A stretch of DNA of 64,000 bases from Nitrososphaeria archaeon. GTDB taxonomy: Archaea > Thermoproteota > Nitrososphaeria > Geothermarchaeales > JDFR-13. The position numbers were made by a program, and so were the translations under genes. Positions 47,722 to 58,281 of the stretch are shown in pieces (the first letter of the stretch is position 1; each line of letters starts with the position of its first letter). The notes under the pieces were generated by a model. That model saw only the letters and a program-made list of their open reading frames with translations, was not told the DNA's origin and did no database searches. The stretch lies in contig JALWXN010000004.1 of assembly GCA_027078545.1 (NCBI GenBank), forward strand, positions 736,001 to 800,000, read 5' to 3'.

Positions 47722-48927
47722 ATGGGTTCACCCTTCCCCACATCGAGGATAACTATGTCGATACTCCTCCTTACAGCCCCACTCCTCATATACGGGGTAT
47801 ACGTCGGGATGATGTGGCTAGCCAACTTCTGGGGCCTGGCACCTGTGGATACGAGGATCATCCCTACACATCCCTCCACCATGCTATACCCAGTCCTCAC
47901 ACTATTCGTGATGGGAGTTGCATATACACTCCTACCCGGGTTCTGGGGATATAGGCCTAGTAGGGCTGTGGCATCCATATCAATAGCCCTATTTCTAGCG
48001 GGGGAGGCTGGGGCGCTCCTCCTATACCTACTGGGGAACCCGGCACCCCATCCACTGGTACTGGGCTTCCTAGGAGTCCTCGTCTACGCATCCTATATAG
48101 CGAGCCGGGTGAGGCTTAGATACCCGGTCTTCACATATGCCGATCTATACATCCTCCTATCGATAGCTATGCTCCTCCTCGTCTATGGATACAGGCTATG
48201 GATAGCCTTTGATAGGGGGCTGGTCTTCCCCACAGGCCTAGACTCCTACCACCTAGCCGTGATACTCGGCTTCGCCGCACCCATGATCTATGGGGTATCG
48301 GTCAGGACTATGAAGTTCAAGTTCACAGTCGTTGATAACAGGCTCCTAGCCCCATCCCTACTACTACATCTGGCAGGCCTCACGGCGCTACTTCTAGACA
48401 TGACCGGCTCCAGGCCGCCGTCACCACTAGCTATGACACTCCTACTGGGCTCCTCAGCACTCTATGCACTGGCCTACAACGTCTTCGAGCATAGGCCCGG
48501 GAAGCCCTATGAGGATAGGATGTCCCATAGGGACTGGAAGAGATATCTCTATTTCCGGAGGCATATAAATATGGGTGGGGCCTGGCTACTGGCCAGCCAT
48601 CTACTCCTACTCCTATACAGCCTTGGTGGGGACAGATATCTCTGGGACGCCGGGCTCCACAGCCTGACCCTCGGCTTCATAGCCAACTACATCGTGGCCT
48701 ATGCAGGTGTGATGCTACCCCCAATAACCGTTAGGAGGGCTCCCTACAAGGCCCTGAACCCCATACCCCTCGCACTTCTAAACATGGGAGTGGCCCTGAG
48801 AGTGTCTATAGACCTGCTCCCGCCCCTAAGGACTATGCAGGCCGCCCATCTACACGCGATGCTGATATACCTAGCCTATGCAGCCTTCATAGCCACTATG
48901 ATCCTCCTTTACAGGGAGGAGACCTAG
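47722..48927 (+). CDS. Multi-pass membrane protein, NnrS-like
   Basis: About 12 TMs; H..M...L.LF.MG, H...LGF, 'WDAGLHSLTLGF' motifs. Confidence 0.55.
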   Translation: MGSPFPTSRITMSILLLTAPLLIYGVYVGMMWLANFWGLAPVDTRIIPTHPSTMLYPVLTLFVMGVAYTLLPGFWGYRPSRAVASISIALFLAGEAGALLLYLLGNPAPHPLVLGFLGVLVYASYIASRVRLRYPVFTYADLYILLSIAMLLLVYGYRLWIAFDRGLVFPTGLDSYHLAVILGFAAPMIYGVSVRTMKFKFTVVDNRLLAPSLLLHLAGLTALLLDMTGSRPPSPLAMTLLLGSSALYALAYNVFEHRPGKPYEDRMSHRDWKRYLYFRRHINMGGAWLLASHLLLLLYSLGGDRYLWDAGLHSLTLGFIANYIVAYAGVMLPPITVRRAPYKALNPIPLALLNMGVALRVSIDLLPPLRTMQAAHLHAMLIYLAYAAFIATMILLYREET

Positions 48928-49247
48928 CCCTGGGAGACGCTATCCAAGACCCAGTTCAGATACTTCTCATAGATGTGTATAGGCTCCAGGACGATTATCT
49001 CGGGAACCTCATAGGGATGTATCTCAAGGATCCTCCTCTCCAGCTCACCAGCCATGTCGCGGGAGGTCTTGATGATCAGTAGGCTCTCCTCATCGTCATG
49101 GACCTCCCCCTCCCACCAGTAGATACTCCTGATATCCACGATGTTTACACATGCAGCCAGCCTCTCCCCAACCAGCTTCCCAGCCAATTCCCTAGCCACG
49201 TCCCTAGGGGCTGTGCATAGGACGACTACACCCTTACCACTCGTCAT
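48924..49247 (-). CDS. cutA: Divalent-cation tolerance protein CutA
   Basis: RLAACVN, SIYWWEG, IKT, HPYEVPEII. Confidence 0.95.
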   Translation of the reverse strand: MTSGKGVVVLCTAPRDVARELAGKLVGERLAACVNIVDIRSIYWWEGEVHDDEESLLIIKTSRDMAGELERRILEIHPYEVPEIIVLEPIHIYEKYLNWVLDSVSQG

Positions 49248-49284
49248 GGGTAATTGGTTCGGCTTCCCGAGGATATAAAGCGGA

Positions 49285-50709
49285 TTAGAAGAGCCCCGCT
49301 CTAAAGCTCTTTACGAGGCTGTTCCCTGTCTCCAGGTACTCCGACCCAGCCTTCTCCACCAGGTCCTCCCCAGCCTTCTGAGCCTCCTCCAAGACCTCCT
49401 CCTCATCCATAACCAGTACCCTACCCTCCTCCACATAGGGCTTGCCGTCGATGAAGACGTGGGTAACCTCGGATCCATATATGCTGTAGACCAGGTTCGA
49501 GGTGTAGTTCCTGATAGGCCTGCTGAGGATGGGCATCGTGTGGGGCCTCCATAGATCCACGATAACCAGGTCACCGGCATAGCCCTCCTCGATAACCCCG
49601 TTCCCAAAAGCCCTGACAACCCTGCTAGAGTCGGCAGTCGCCAGGCGTAGAAGCCTCCAGTGGGGCATAACGGTCGGGTCGGACTCATACACCTTGCTCA
49701 GCAGGGCTACATAGCCAAGCTCCTTGAAGATACTCTGGTTACCCGGTCCCACAGCGTTGTCGGTACCTAGAACAGCTCTACCACCCAGCTTTAGAAACTT
49801 GGTGAGCGGGGGGACGATCCCGTCTATCGAGGCTATGGAGCGGTGGCAGCTCACCATAGTGGCCCCCATAGAGACGACCTTGGCCAACTCCTCATCCGTA
49901 GTGTCGTGGAGATGGGCAGCGAATAGTAGGGGGTTTAGGAGGCCCTCCCTAGCCATGAGGTCTACGGTCGAGGCGCCGTAGCGACGCATCATCTGCCTCC
50001 TCTCCCTACCACCCTGGGCAACATGCATATGGACATATGTGCTGTTTTCAGCCGCCCTCATAAAGCTGTTCCTAACCACCTCGAGGGGGACCATATCCAT
50101 CGCCTGGGGCCCATAGAGGATACGGATATTCCTATCCCCCCGATACTTCCTGATCAACCTATCCGTCTCGTCGAGAGCCCTATATCCCAGCTCAGCATCT
50201 AGGGGATACAGCTTACCAGCCACCCTATGCATAGGCTCCGAGATAGCGTTGAAGAGATAGGCCCCAAAGACCTTCAGCCCGATAGGCCTATACACCTCGT
50301 CGATCTGCCTCTCAAGGTGGCGGCTATACTCGCCATAAACAACTGTCCCACCACGTAGAGCCTCGAGGACAGCTAGCCTAGTAGAGGCCTTGATATGCCT
50401 CCACTCCATCTGGCTCCTCAGGGGAGAGACGCCAAGCTCCATCCACTCACTCTCAGGCATATCATTGGCGAACCCCTTGAGGAGATTAATATCGGTATGC
50501 ATATGGAGGTCGTAGAACCCGGGGAGGACCACCCCGGAACGGCTAACATTAATGTAGTAGTCATCCTTAGAGGCATGCTTAATCACATCTCCATACCTAC
50601 CCACACAGGTTATGATACCATCCTCCACATAGACAGCGCCATAGTCAATCACGCCGAGACCCGGGCCCGACATCGTAACAACGGCCCTAGCCCTGATCAA
50701 CAGCCTCAA
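49285..50709 (-). CDS. Amidohydrolase (MTA/SAH deaminase-like)
   Basis: PGFYDLHMH, VHMHVAQ, AAH, LGTD, GDLV. Confidence 0.85.
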   Translation of the reverse strand: MRLLIRARAVVTMSGPGLGVIDYGAVYVEDGIITCVGRYGDVIKHASKDDYYINVSRSGVVLPGFYDLHMHTDINLLKGFANDMPESEWMELGVSPLRSQMEWRHIKASTRLAVLEALRGGTVVYGEYSRHLERQIDEVYRPIGLKVFGAYLFNAISEPMHRVAGKLYPLDAELGYRALDETDRLIRKYRGDRNIRILYGPQAMDMVPLEVVRNSFMRAAENSTYVHMHVAQGGRERRQMMRRYGASTVDLMAREGLLNPLLFAAHLHDTTDEELAKVVSMGATMVSCHRSIASIDGIVPPLTKFLKLGGRAVLGTDNAVGPGNQSIFKELGYVALLSKVYESDPTVMPHWRLLRLATADSSRVVRAFGNGVIEEGYAGDLVIVDLWRPHTMPILSRPIRNYTSNLVYSIYGSEVTHVFIDGKPYVEEGRVLVMDEEEVLEEAQKAGEDLVEKAGSEYLETGNSLVKSFRAGLF

Positions 50710-50970
50710 ACCACCATCCCCTCACAACCCCAGGGAATTCGTGAACACACCCTATACACTACAGAGAAATACTTAATACTATATAATGTACCCAGGATAG
50801 ACACGATGCCCATATACCACCAGCCTAAGACCCCCTCCACCACAAGGAGCGACACACTAGAGATCAGCTCCCTAGACACTGATTGACAACGCTACTTCAG
50901 GGCAAACCCCCATTCTGACGTCGAGGCTCCCCCGGTAAAGCCAGATTTCTATGCCCGATATCTTTTTTAC

Positions 50971-50997
50971 CATATAGTTTATAGCTAAGAAGTAAAA
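50971..50997 (+). repeat. 27-bp dyad element, copy A
   Basis: CATATAGTTTATAGCTAAGAAGTAAAA; 24/27 identical to the reverse complement of 58255-58281. Confidence 0.75.
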
Positions 50998-51090
50998 AAC
51001 ATGATGAGGCTCAGACCAATTTAGGGGCCTATTTCCCGACCCCTGGCCACGGGTTTAATCAGTTGGAGACAGTTATTCATTGGGTCTGGG

Positions 51091-51558
51091 ATGGCTGTGG
51101 AGACTGTGTGTCTCGAGCTTGGGTTCTTCCCTGGCTATCTCAGGCTGGAGGTGGAGGGTGATAAGTTGTTGGGGAGTGATTATGAGCCCCAGTGTATGGG
51201 CAGTCGCTCCACCAGCTCAGTAGTCGTGGAGAAGTTCCGTGTATACCTTGCTGGCCGTGACCCGGGCTTCACTCTGGAGGAGCTGGATATGGATCGCCAT
51301 GCCCTGCCCAGCTATACCAGGAGGGTCTTGGAGCTCGTCGCGACTATACCCTTCGGCGAGGTGAGGACCTATAAATGGGTAGCCCAGCTTGTAGGCGGAT
51401 CTCCAAGGGCTGTTGGGCAGGCACTGGCTAGGAACCCCTTCCTGATCGCGATACCCTGCCACAGGGTTGTCTCAAGTAATGGCCTTGGAGGCTTCACCTC
51501 GCTGGGCGGCCTCGACCTGAAGAGGGCGCTCCTACGCCACGAGGGTATAGAGATATAG
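51091..51558 (+). CDS. ogt: O6-methylguanine-DNA methyltransferase
   Basis: IPFGEVRTY, PRAVGQA, NP...IPCHRVV. Confidence 0.93.
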   Translation: MAVETVCLELGFFPGYLRLEVEGDKLLGSDYEPQCMGSRSTSSVVVEKFRVYLAGRDPGFTLEELDMDRHALPSYTRRVLELVATIPFGEVRTYKWVAQLVGGSPRAVGQALARNPFLIAIPCHRVVSSNGLGGFTSLGGLDLKRALLRHEGIEI

Positions 51559-51595
51559 CGTGGCGAAGCCTCGGGAGGCCTCTGGGACGCAGAAT

Positions 51596-51687
51596 TGTTT
51601 TCATTAGGGGGGGCTTCTGAAACTGGGTCAGACCCTTTACATAACCCTCTGTTTTGAAGCGGTTTCCTATCATTTCCCCCATATGAA
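51596..51687. repeat. res-like cluster of three dyads
   Basis: TTCATTA-GGGGGGGC-TTCTGAA; TACATAA-CCCTCTG-TTTTGAA; TCATTT-CCCCC-ATATGAA, lying between convergent genes. Confidence 0.55.
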
Positions 51688-51729
51688 GATTCAAGGCCCC
51701 TGATCCATGATCCCCGGGGTATGGATGCC

Positions 51730-52410
51730 TCACCTCACATCCCTGGCCAGTGTCTTGGCAGTCTCTATATGCTCCATCAGGAGGGTGAAGGCCTTCTCCA
51801 TCTCGTGTCTATCCACGATGAGGATCGTGTCTGTGTAGCATGACTCGATGTGGATTATGTTGATATTGTTTAGTGCTAGTAGGTTGGATATGTAGGCTAT
51901 GATGCCCGGGACCTTCATCACGTCTTCTGGACTGACTATGACGATTGCTGCGTAGCCCCTCCCCATCCCGAGGAGCTGATCCCGACCGATCTCCCCGAGT
52001 ATCCTCTCCACAAGTGTGTCGTCAATAGCTAGGGTCACGGCTAGTACGCTGTGCATCACGGCGAAGAACCTCGCCCTCGGAGCTATCTCGGGTAGGAGTG
52101 GGTAGAGCCTCGGGAGTGCGTCGGGCCTGAGGCTCAGTACAGATACTCCCGTCCTCACCTCTATGCTCGAGCCTGCCAGAACCCTGAGCACGTCATCCCC
52201 GGGGTATTCACCTGCACCTATCCTCTGGGCGAGGCGTATCAGCGCCATCTTTATCGAGTCGGTCGAGACCTCCCTACCCAGCTCCCTGGAGACGGGTCTC
52301 CTGAGTAGCCTCGCTATCCTCGAGTAGTTGGCTATCCCCCTAGCCAGGCATTGGCGCAGCACTGGGTCTCCAAGCACCAGTTCCTCCACAACTTCTGCCA
52401 CTGACCTCAT
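51730..52410 (-). CDS. HTH plus ACT-domain protein, predicted amino-acid-sensing regulator
   Basis: Start ATG 52410; 'GIANYSRIAR' helical N-domain; C-terminal ACT 'PGIIAYISNLLALNNINIIHIESCYTD'. Confidence 0.8.
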   Translation of the reverse strand: MRSVAEVVEELVLGDPVLRQCLARGIANYSRIARLLRRPVSRELGREVSTDSIKMALIRLAQRIGAGEYPGDDVLRVLAGSSIEVRTGVSVLSLRPDALPRLYPLLPEIAPRARFFAVMHSVLAVTLAIDDTLVERILGEIGRDQLLGMGRGYAAIVIVSPEDVMKVPGIIAYISNLLALNNINIIHIESCYTDTILIVDRHEMEKAFTLLMEHIETAKTLARDVR

Positions 52411-52412
52411 GT

Positions 52413-52452
52413 TCCAGGTATAACAATCTATGTTCCCACCGTTATATCTGGA
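52413..52452. promoter_or_regulatory. 12-bp inverted repeat (candidate operator)
   Basis: TCCAGGTATAAC-N16-GTTATATCTGGA (11/12 complementary). Confidence 0.55.
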
Positions 52453-52517
52453 TTCGGGGCTTGATTGGACTGTTCCATGTAAAGCATTATTTCCCACGGG
52501 CTGTACGGGGTGGACCG

Positions 52518-53714
52518 GTGTTGAAGGTTGTGCTTGCCTATTCCGGCGGTCTCGACACCTCGACCATCCTCGTCCTACTCAGGGAGGAGTATGGCGCCGA
52601 GGTGGTTACCGTCACCGTAGATGTTGGGCAGGAGGAGGAGCTGGAGGGTGTTGAGGAGCGTGCCTATGAGCTGGGCGCCTCTAAGCACTACCTGATCGAT
52701 GCTAAGGATGAGTTTGCCAGGAACTATCTCTTCCCGGCGGTGAAGGCCAACGCCCTCTACGAGGGGAAATACCCGTTGGGAACAGCCCTGGCGAGGCCCC
52801 TGATAGCCTCTAAGCTGGCGGAGGTTGTGTTGAAGGAGGGTGCCGACGCTGTTGCCCATGGATGCACTGGGAAGGGGAATGACCAGGTCAGGTTCGACAT
52901 AACCCTGAGGGCTCTCCTGGGGGATGACGTTAAGATCATCGCGCCCGTGAGGGAGTATAACCTGACCCGTGCGAAGAGTATGGAGATACTGGCTAGGCAT
53001 GGATACAGCGTTCCTAGCATCCATAAGAAGTATAGCGTCGATGAGAACCTCTGGTCTAGGAGTGTCGAGGGCGGCGTCTTAGACGACCCAATGGCCGAGC
53101 CTCCTGAGGAGGTCTTCCAGTGGACTAAGCCGCCGAGCGAGGCGCCTGACGAGCCGCTATACCTAGAGATAGGGTTTGAGGAGGGTGTCCCAAAGACGCT
53201 GGACGGTGTGGATATGGATCCTGTGGAGATAGTTAAGACCCTGAACAGCCTGGTCGGGAGCCATGGATATGGGAGGATAGACTATATCGAGAGCAGGGTT
53301 GTCGGCCTCAAGAGTAGGGAGGTCTATGAGGCGCCCGCAGCCCTAACCCTCATAGAGGCTCATAAGGAGCTTGAGAGGATGGTCCTCACACCCGGCGAGC
53401 TCAGGCTGAAGTGGATGCTAGACGCCATGTGGAGCGACCTTGTATATCAGGGGCTATGGATCGACCCGTTGAAGAGCCACATCGACAAGGCTATAGACTC
53501 GATAAACAAGTATGTAACCGGGACGGTAAGGGTCAAGGTGTATAAAGGCGGACTATCCATCGTGGGGAGGGAGAGCCCATACAGCCTATACTCAGAGAAG
53601 CTCATAGACTACGACAAGGGCTGGTACCCAGACCCCAAAGAGGCAGAAGGCTTCATAAAACTCTACAGCCAACACCAACTAACAGCACTCAAAACAAGGA
53701 GAAAGAACACATAG
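52518..53714 (+). CDS. argG: Argininosuccinate synthase
   Basis: VVLAYSGGLDTS, YPLGTALARP, AHGCTGKGNDQVRF, KSREVYEAPAA; start probably GTG 52518 or TTG 52521. Confidence 0.97.
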   Translation: MLKVVLAYSGGLDTSTILVLLREEYGAEVVTVTVDVGQEEELEGVEERAYELGASKHYLIDAKDEFARNYLFPAVKANALYEGKYPLGTALARPLIASKLAEVVLKEGADAVAHGCTGKGNDQVRFDITLRALLGDDVKIIAPVREYNLTRAKSMEILARHGYSVPSIHKKYSVDENLWSRSVEGGVLDDPMAEPPEEVFQWTKPPSEAPDEPLYLEIGFEEGVPKTLDGVDMDPVEIVKTLNSLVGSHGYGRIDYIESRVVGLKSREVYEAPAALTLIEAHKELERMVLTPGELRLKWMLDAMWSDLVYQGLWIDPLKSHIDKAIDSINKYVTGTVRVKVYKGGLSIVGRESPYSLYSEKLIDYDKGWYPDPKEAEGFIKLYSQHQLTALKTRRKNT

Positions 53715-53867
53715 CCACGGATCAGGAAAACCCCTTTATAAGGGTTTAAATACTTTTCTGCGTCACATCTTTATAAACCCCCTGCAGGATCAGAGGTTTG
53801 ACACACACAAAACTTAAATAAAAGAAACACAAGAAATACCTATATAGAAACAGAAGAAAACCCACGG
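53715..53867 (+). promoter_or_regulatory. CRISPR leader
   Basis: A-rich non-coding region with TATA-like CTTTATAA and AAAACTTAAATA, on the side opposite the degenerate terminal repeat. Confidence 0.8.
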
Positions 53868-56800
53868 GTTAAAACCAGACTAGGAAGGGTTGAAAGCTTG
53901 ACGATGAAGACATAGAGCCACTCCTAATCAACGCAAAGTTAAAACCAGACTAGGAAGGGTTGAAAGTTTTTCTGTCTATTCTATATAGAAGGTATATTAT
54001 GACGGAGGTTAAAACCAGACTAGGAAGGGTTGAAAGTGAGAAAGTTTATAAAGCTCTTGTGGTCAGGAAACTCGGCAGTTAAAACCAGACTAGGAAGGGT
54101 TGAAAGTGTTGCCGTACTGGCTCTGGCAGTACTGGATGACATCATCGTTAAAACCAGACTAGGAAGGGTTGAAAGGGCCACCAGGCCGCCTCCTTCCACA
54201 CTACTTTCCAGGCCGTGTTAAAACCAGACTAGGAAGGGTTGAAAGTGAACTTTACCAGCAGGTCCAGTAACTCCTTTATGTCAAAGGTTAAAACCAGACT
54301 AGGAAGGGTTGAAAGGATCTCTGTTGCGTTTACGTAGATGTTGCTTAGCGAGACCAGTTAAAACCAGACTAGGAAGGGTTGAAAGGTATATGGATACTCG
54401 ACAACGTATCGACAACACTAAAAGTTAAAACCAGACTAGGAAGGGTTGAAAGTAGACAAGCGCCAGAAACATCCCAGCCAACATCAACACAAGTTAAAAC
54501 CAGACTAGGAAGGGTTGAAAGCAAAGTACTTTCTGAGCATGTTTGCGACAGCGTAGGCGGTGTTAAAACCAGACTAGGAAGGGTTGAAAGAGTACTGCTG
54601 GTCTCCAAGCAACGCTTGGGTGGATAATTCTGGTTAAAACCAGACTAGGAAGGGTTGAAAGGCTCCTCGACGAAGAGGGAGTACCACTCGAGAAGGTCAT
54701 ACAGGTTAAAACCAGACTAGGAAGGGTTGAAAGACAGGCGATTAGTCTAGTCGTCCCAAGCACCATAACCATGTTAAAACCAGACTAGGAAGGGTTGAAA
54801 GAGTGTTACTAGACCTTGGGCTGGTGGATGGCGTATTCTACCGTTAAAACCAGACTAGGAAGGGTTGAAAGACAGCATAAGCGGTGGGACACATCAGGTA
54901 AATGTGAGGAGTTAAAACCAGACTAGGAAGGGTTGAAAGCCCATATATCATGTACATTACTGTGTCATATGTGTCGACACGTTAAAACCAGACTAGGAAG
55001 GGTTGAAAGTCACCGATCCATGCTGCAAAGTCCTCAGACGCCCATGATTCAAGTTAAAACCAGACTAGGAAGGGTTGAAAGCCACGAAAAATGCGTGATA
55101 GTTTATGCTCACAGTTAAATTGTTAAAACCAGACTAGGAAGGGTTGAAAGGCAAGACCCAGCCCCCCAGCCTCAGAAGTGGTCTGAGGAATAGTTAAAAC
55201 CAGACTAGGAAGGGTTGAAAGCTCGATTGCTTGTGAGCAAAACGAGTGTTTAGAGGCGTATTCATGTTAAAACCAGACTAGGAAGGGTTGAAAGGTAACT
55301 CAGTCACATCCCGTGACTCATTCTTCACCATGTTAAAACCAGACTAGGAAGGGTTGAAAGATTCGGAATATGGAGGACTACATAGCATACATGAGTCTAA
55401 TGAGTTAAAACCAGACTAGGAAGGGTTGAAAGGAGTCTGGGGCGGTCTATGGAGTCGTCAGCAACACGGGGCGTTAAAACCAGACTAGGAAGGGTTGAAA
55501 GCCACTCCCTGATGACTAGTGGTATGTTGATGTAGAACACGTTAAAACCAGACTAGGAAGGGTTGAAAGAGTTCAGGGTCGACAGGGATACAGAGGCCAA
55601 CACACAGGTGTTAAAACCAGACTAGGAAGGGTTGAAAGCATATTTTGCACCTCCCTATTGAGTTCCGTCCTCGATCGATGGTTAAAACCAGACTAGGAAG
55701 GGTTGAAAGACTTGTATTTTGACATGATTTCGCTGACATCCATACCAGTTAAAACCAGACTAGGAAGGGTTGAAAGTGTCTTCCTAGCATCGCTTCTCCT
55801 CTTAGCTATATTTGTTAAAACCAGACTAGGAAGGGTTGAAAGAGTCGCAAAAAGACCGAACCAACCGTCAAAGTAGCAAGACCCAAGTTAAAACCAGACT
55901 AGGAAGGGTTGAAAGGTAGTTGCGTGGTAGCTCTATCGTCCCCCGTGAATTCGGCAAAGTTAAAACCAGACTAGGAAGGGTTGAAAGTCCCTGGGGGGTG
56001 GGGGTGACGTTCTCTTCACTACCTCGGTGTTAAAACCAGACTAGGAAGGGTTGAAAGGGGAAACGCCACGATCAGCGTGAACACTGGGAACGCCATCGGT
56101 TAAAACCAGACTAGGAAGGGTTGAAAGAGCACAGCCAAGAAACTCATAAAAGCCCTTGAAGAGATGTTAAAACCAGACTAGGAAGGGTTGAAAGGATAGA
56201 CTACCTCAGAACCCTGACACTCAACGAGATCATCGTTAAAACCAGACTAGGAAGGGTTGAAAGTAGGGCTCATCCATCTAAGCACCCCTATCTTTTTATA
56301 TGTTAAAACCAGACTAGGAAGGGTTGAAAGGAACTCTATGACTAGGTTCATGGTGTTGGTGATGATGGGGGTTAAAACCAGACTAGGAAGGGTTGAAAGA
56401 TGAGCTTATACCCCCCGACCTCGCTGGGGGGTAGCTCATGGTTAAAACCAGACTAGGAAGGGTTGAAAGCTCTACAGCCTATATGTTGCTGGCGACTTCA
56501 TATCAGAGTTAAAACCAGACTAGGAAGGGTTGAAAGTGACGATCATTTCCTCGCCGTGCTCCTCACACCAGAGCTCAGTTAAAACCAGACTAGGAAGGGT
56601 TGAAAGTTTTGATAGCACTATCCACTCGAGCCTATCTTCGTCACGATGTTAAAACCAGACTAGGAAGGGTTGAAAGTGTCTCTATTTGGCTGTCTTTTGC
56701 AAGGCTTCTCGCCCATGTTAAAACCAGACTAGGAAGGGTTGAAAGCATTCCGCAAAAAGAGACCGATTCCACCTAGGAGACCCATCAGAATAGTTAAAAC

Positions 56801-57094
56801 CAGACTAGGAAGGGTTGAAAGGGTCATCAATGAACTCTCGAACAACGCCGAGATAACTATGTTAAAACCAGACTAGGAAGGGTTGAAAGGCTCCTCGCAT
56901 CAGCGTACCATGTCGCATCACAGATCCTGTTAAAACCAGACTAGGAAGGGTTGAAAGTTACATACTCTATGATGTCTGGTAGGAAGATGAATGCTAGGTT
57001 AAAACCAGACTAGGAAGGGTTGAAAGCAAGCTCAGAGGCTACACGGGATACGAGGCGGGATGTGAGTTAGAACCAGACTGGGAAGGGTTGTTTG
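53868..57094 (+). CRISPR. CRISPR array: 46 perfect + 1 degenerate 29-bp repeats, 46 spacers of 37-47 bp
   Basis: Repeat GTTAAAACCAGACTAGGAAGGGTTGAAAG; terminal copy GTTAGAACCAGACTGGGAAGGGTTGTTTG at 57066-57094; counted by eye. Confidence 0.98.
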
Positions 57095-57181
57095 TTGGAT
57101 CTTGATTGTTGTTTGGCTTGGGTGTATTTTTTATTTTTGTTGGTGGGTTTACCTTTTGGTAGTATATTGGGGGTGACCGTT

Positions 57182-57403
57182 TTGGGCTACGTTACTGTGT
57201 CCGCCAAGATCCCTAGGGAGTTGAAGAGGTTGTTAGAGAGGTATGGTATACGTCCCGGCCCTGTTATCCGTGAGGCTTTGGAGGAGGCTGTCCGGAGGAG
57301 GATGGCTGAGGAGCTTGAGAGCCGTGCAAGGAGGCTTGCCGGTAAGGCTGGGGCTGGGGATGAGGATGTAGCTAGGTATATCAGGGAGGATAGGGAGAGG
57401 TGA
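57182..57403 (+). CDS. RHH antitoxin (VapB-like)
   Basis: TTG start 57182; YVTVSAKIPRELKRLLERYGI...IREALEE...IREDRER; GTGA overlap with the PIN gene. Confidence 0.82.
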   Translation: MGYVTVSAKIPRELKRLLERYGIRPGPVIREALEEAVRRRMAEELESRARRLAGKAGAGDEDVARYIREDRER

Positions 57404-57810
57404 GTGGATACCTCTTCGACACCAGCTCCATAATAAACATCCTCCTGAGGGGGCGTGTAAAGCCCCTCGTGAACGGCTATACACTCGACCTGGCACGGTA
57501 CGAAGCGCTCAACACTGTGTGGAAGATGGTTAGGAGGAGGGAGGGCTTAACACCAGGGGAGGCGGGTGAACTCGTCTCCATACTTGTCGAGCTCCTAAGC
57601 AACATAATGAGGATCATATCGATAACTGGTCATGAGGAGAGGGTCTACCAACTAGCATTGGATGAGGGTCTAACCGTCTACGACGCGGCATACCTATACA
57701 TGGCTATGGAGAAGGGCTTAACACTAGTCACGGACGACGAGAAACTGCTCCAGAAGGCTGAGAAGCATGTAGAGACGATGACCACGAAGATATACCTTGG
57801 CGAAGAATAG
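57400..57810 (+). CDS. vapC: VapC PIN-domain toxin
   Basis: LFDTSS, LARYEALN, LTVYDAAY, LVTDDEKL. Confidence 0.9.
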   Translation: MSGYLFDTSSIINILLRGRVKPLVNGYTLDLARYEALNTVWKMVRRREGLTPGEAGELVSILVELLSNIMRIISITGHEERVYQLALDEGLTVYDAAYLYMAMEKGLTLVTDDEKLLQKAEKHVETMTTKIYLGEE

Positions 57811-58254
57811 TAGAGAGCATTACAAAGCCTAGGATTGAACTTGAATCAAATGACACAGTTAGGAATCCTGTCAGAGGACATCCAGCCACACAAAGCCATT
57901 AAGCTACAAAGACACTCCGAAGAATGACGAGTAAAGTCTAGAGTCAAGCGAAAAAGAGAGGGTCGTGTAATATTGATCTCACAAAAATACTGGAGGAAAC
58001 CAGTTATTAAACCCTGAAAACAGGAAAATATCGTACTAAAAACATAGATCACGAGAAATATACATCGACACCACCCCAATAATAAGAAAGTAACTACTAT
58101 CTCACTCCGCCACGAAATATCCGTAGATATCAACCGAAAAACAAAAACTATGGGAAATTTTCGAACATTTCCAACACCAATGTGTCAGGCTCCCCTAGTG
58201 GGTAATATTATACCATTGGGGGTTGGCGATCTAGATTTTAATGTCGGGAGTTAA

Positions 58255-58281
58255 TTTTACTTTTTAGTTTTAAACTATATG
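58255..58281 (-). repeat. 27-bp dyad element, copy B
   Basis: Plus strand TTTTACTTTTTAGTTTTAAACTATATG with central TAGTTT-T-AAACTA dyad. Confidence 0.75.

Noticed and set aside
50971-50997. dif/XerA site
   Set aside because: The dyad has a 1-bp centre rather than the 11-6-11 layout of known archaeal dif sites.
54030-55118. ORFs with repeated VKTRLGRVE / LSTLPSLVLT
   Set aside because: These are translations of the CRISPR repeats, not proteins.
54591-55331. 6-7-bp hairpins in spacers 11, 19 and 21
   Set aside because: A few such short stems among 46 spacers are expected by chance.
53897-57065. Self-targeting or duplicated spacers; spacers read as viral protein fragments (e.g. spacer 36 reverse PIITNTMNLVIEF)
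   Set aside because: No match within the window or between spacers was seen by eye, and 13-aa translations are too short to assign without a search.
57846-58133. 95-aa minus-strand ORF in the AT-rich gap
   Set aside because: Atypical composition and no motif; likely a by-product of the local skew.
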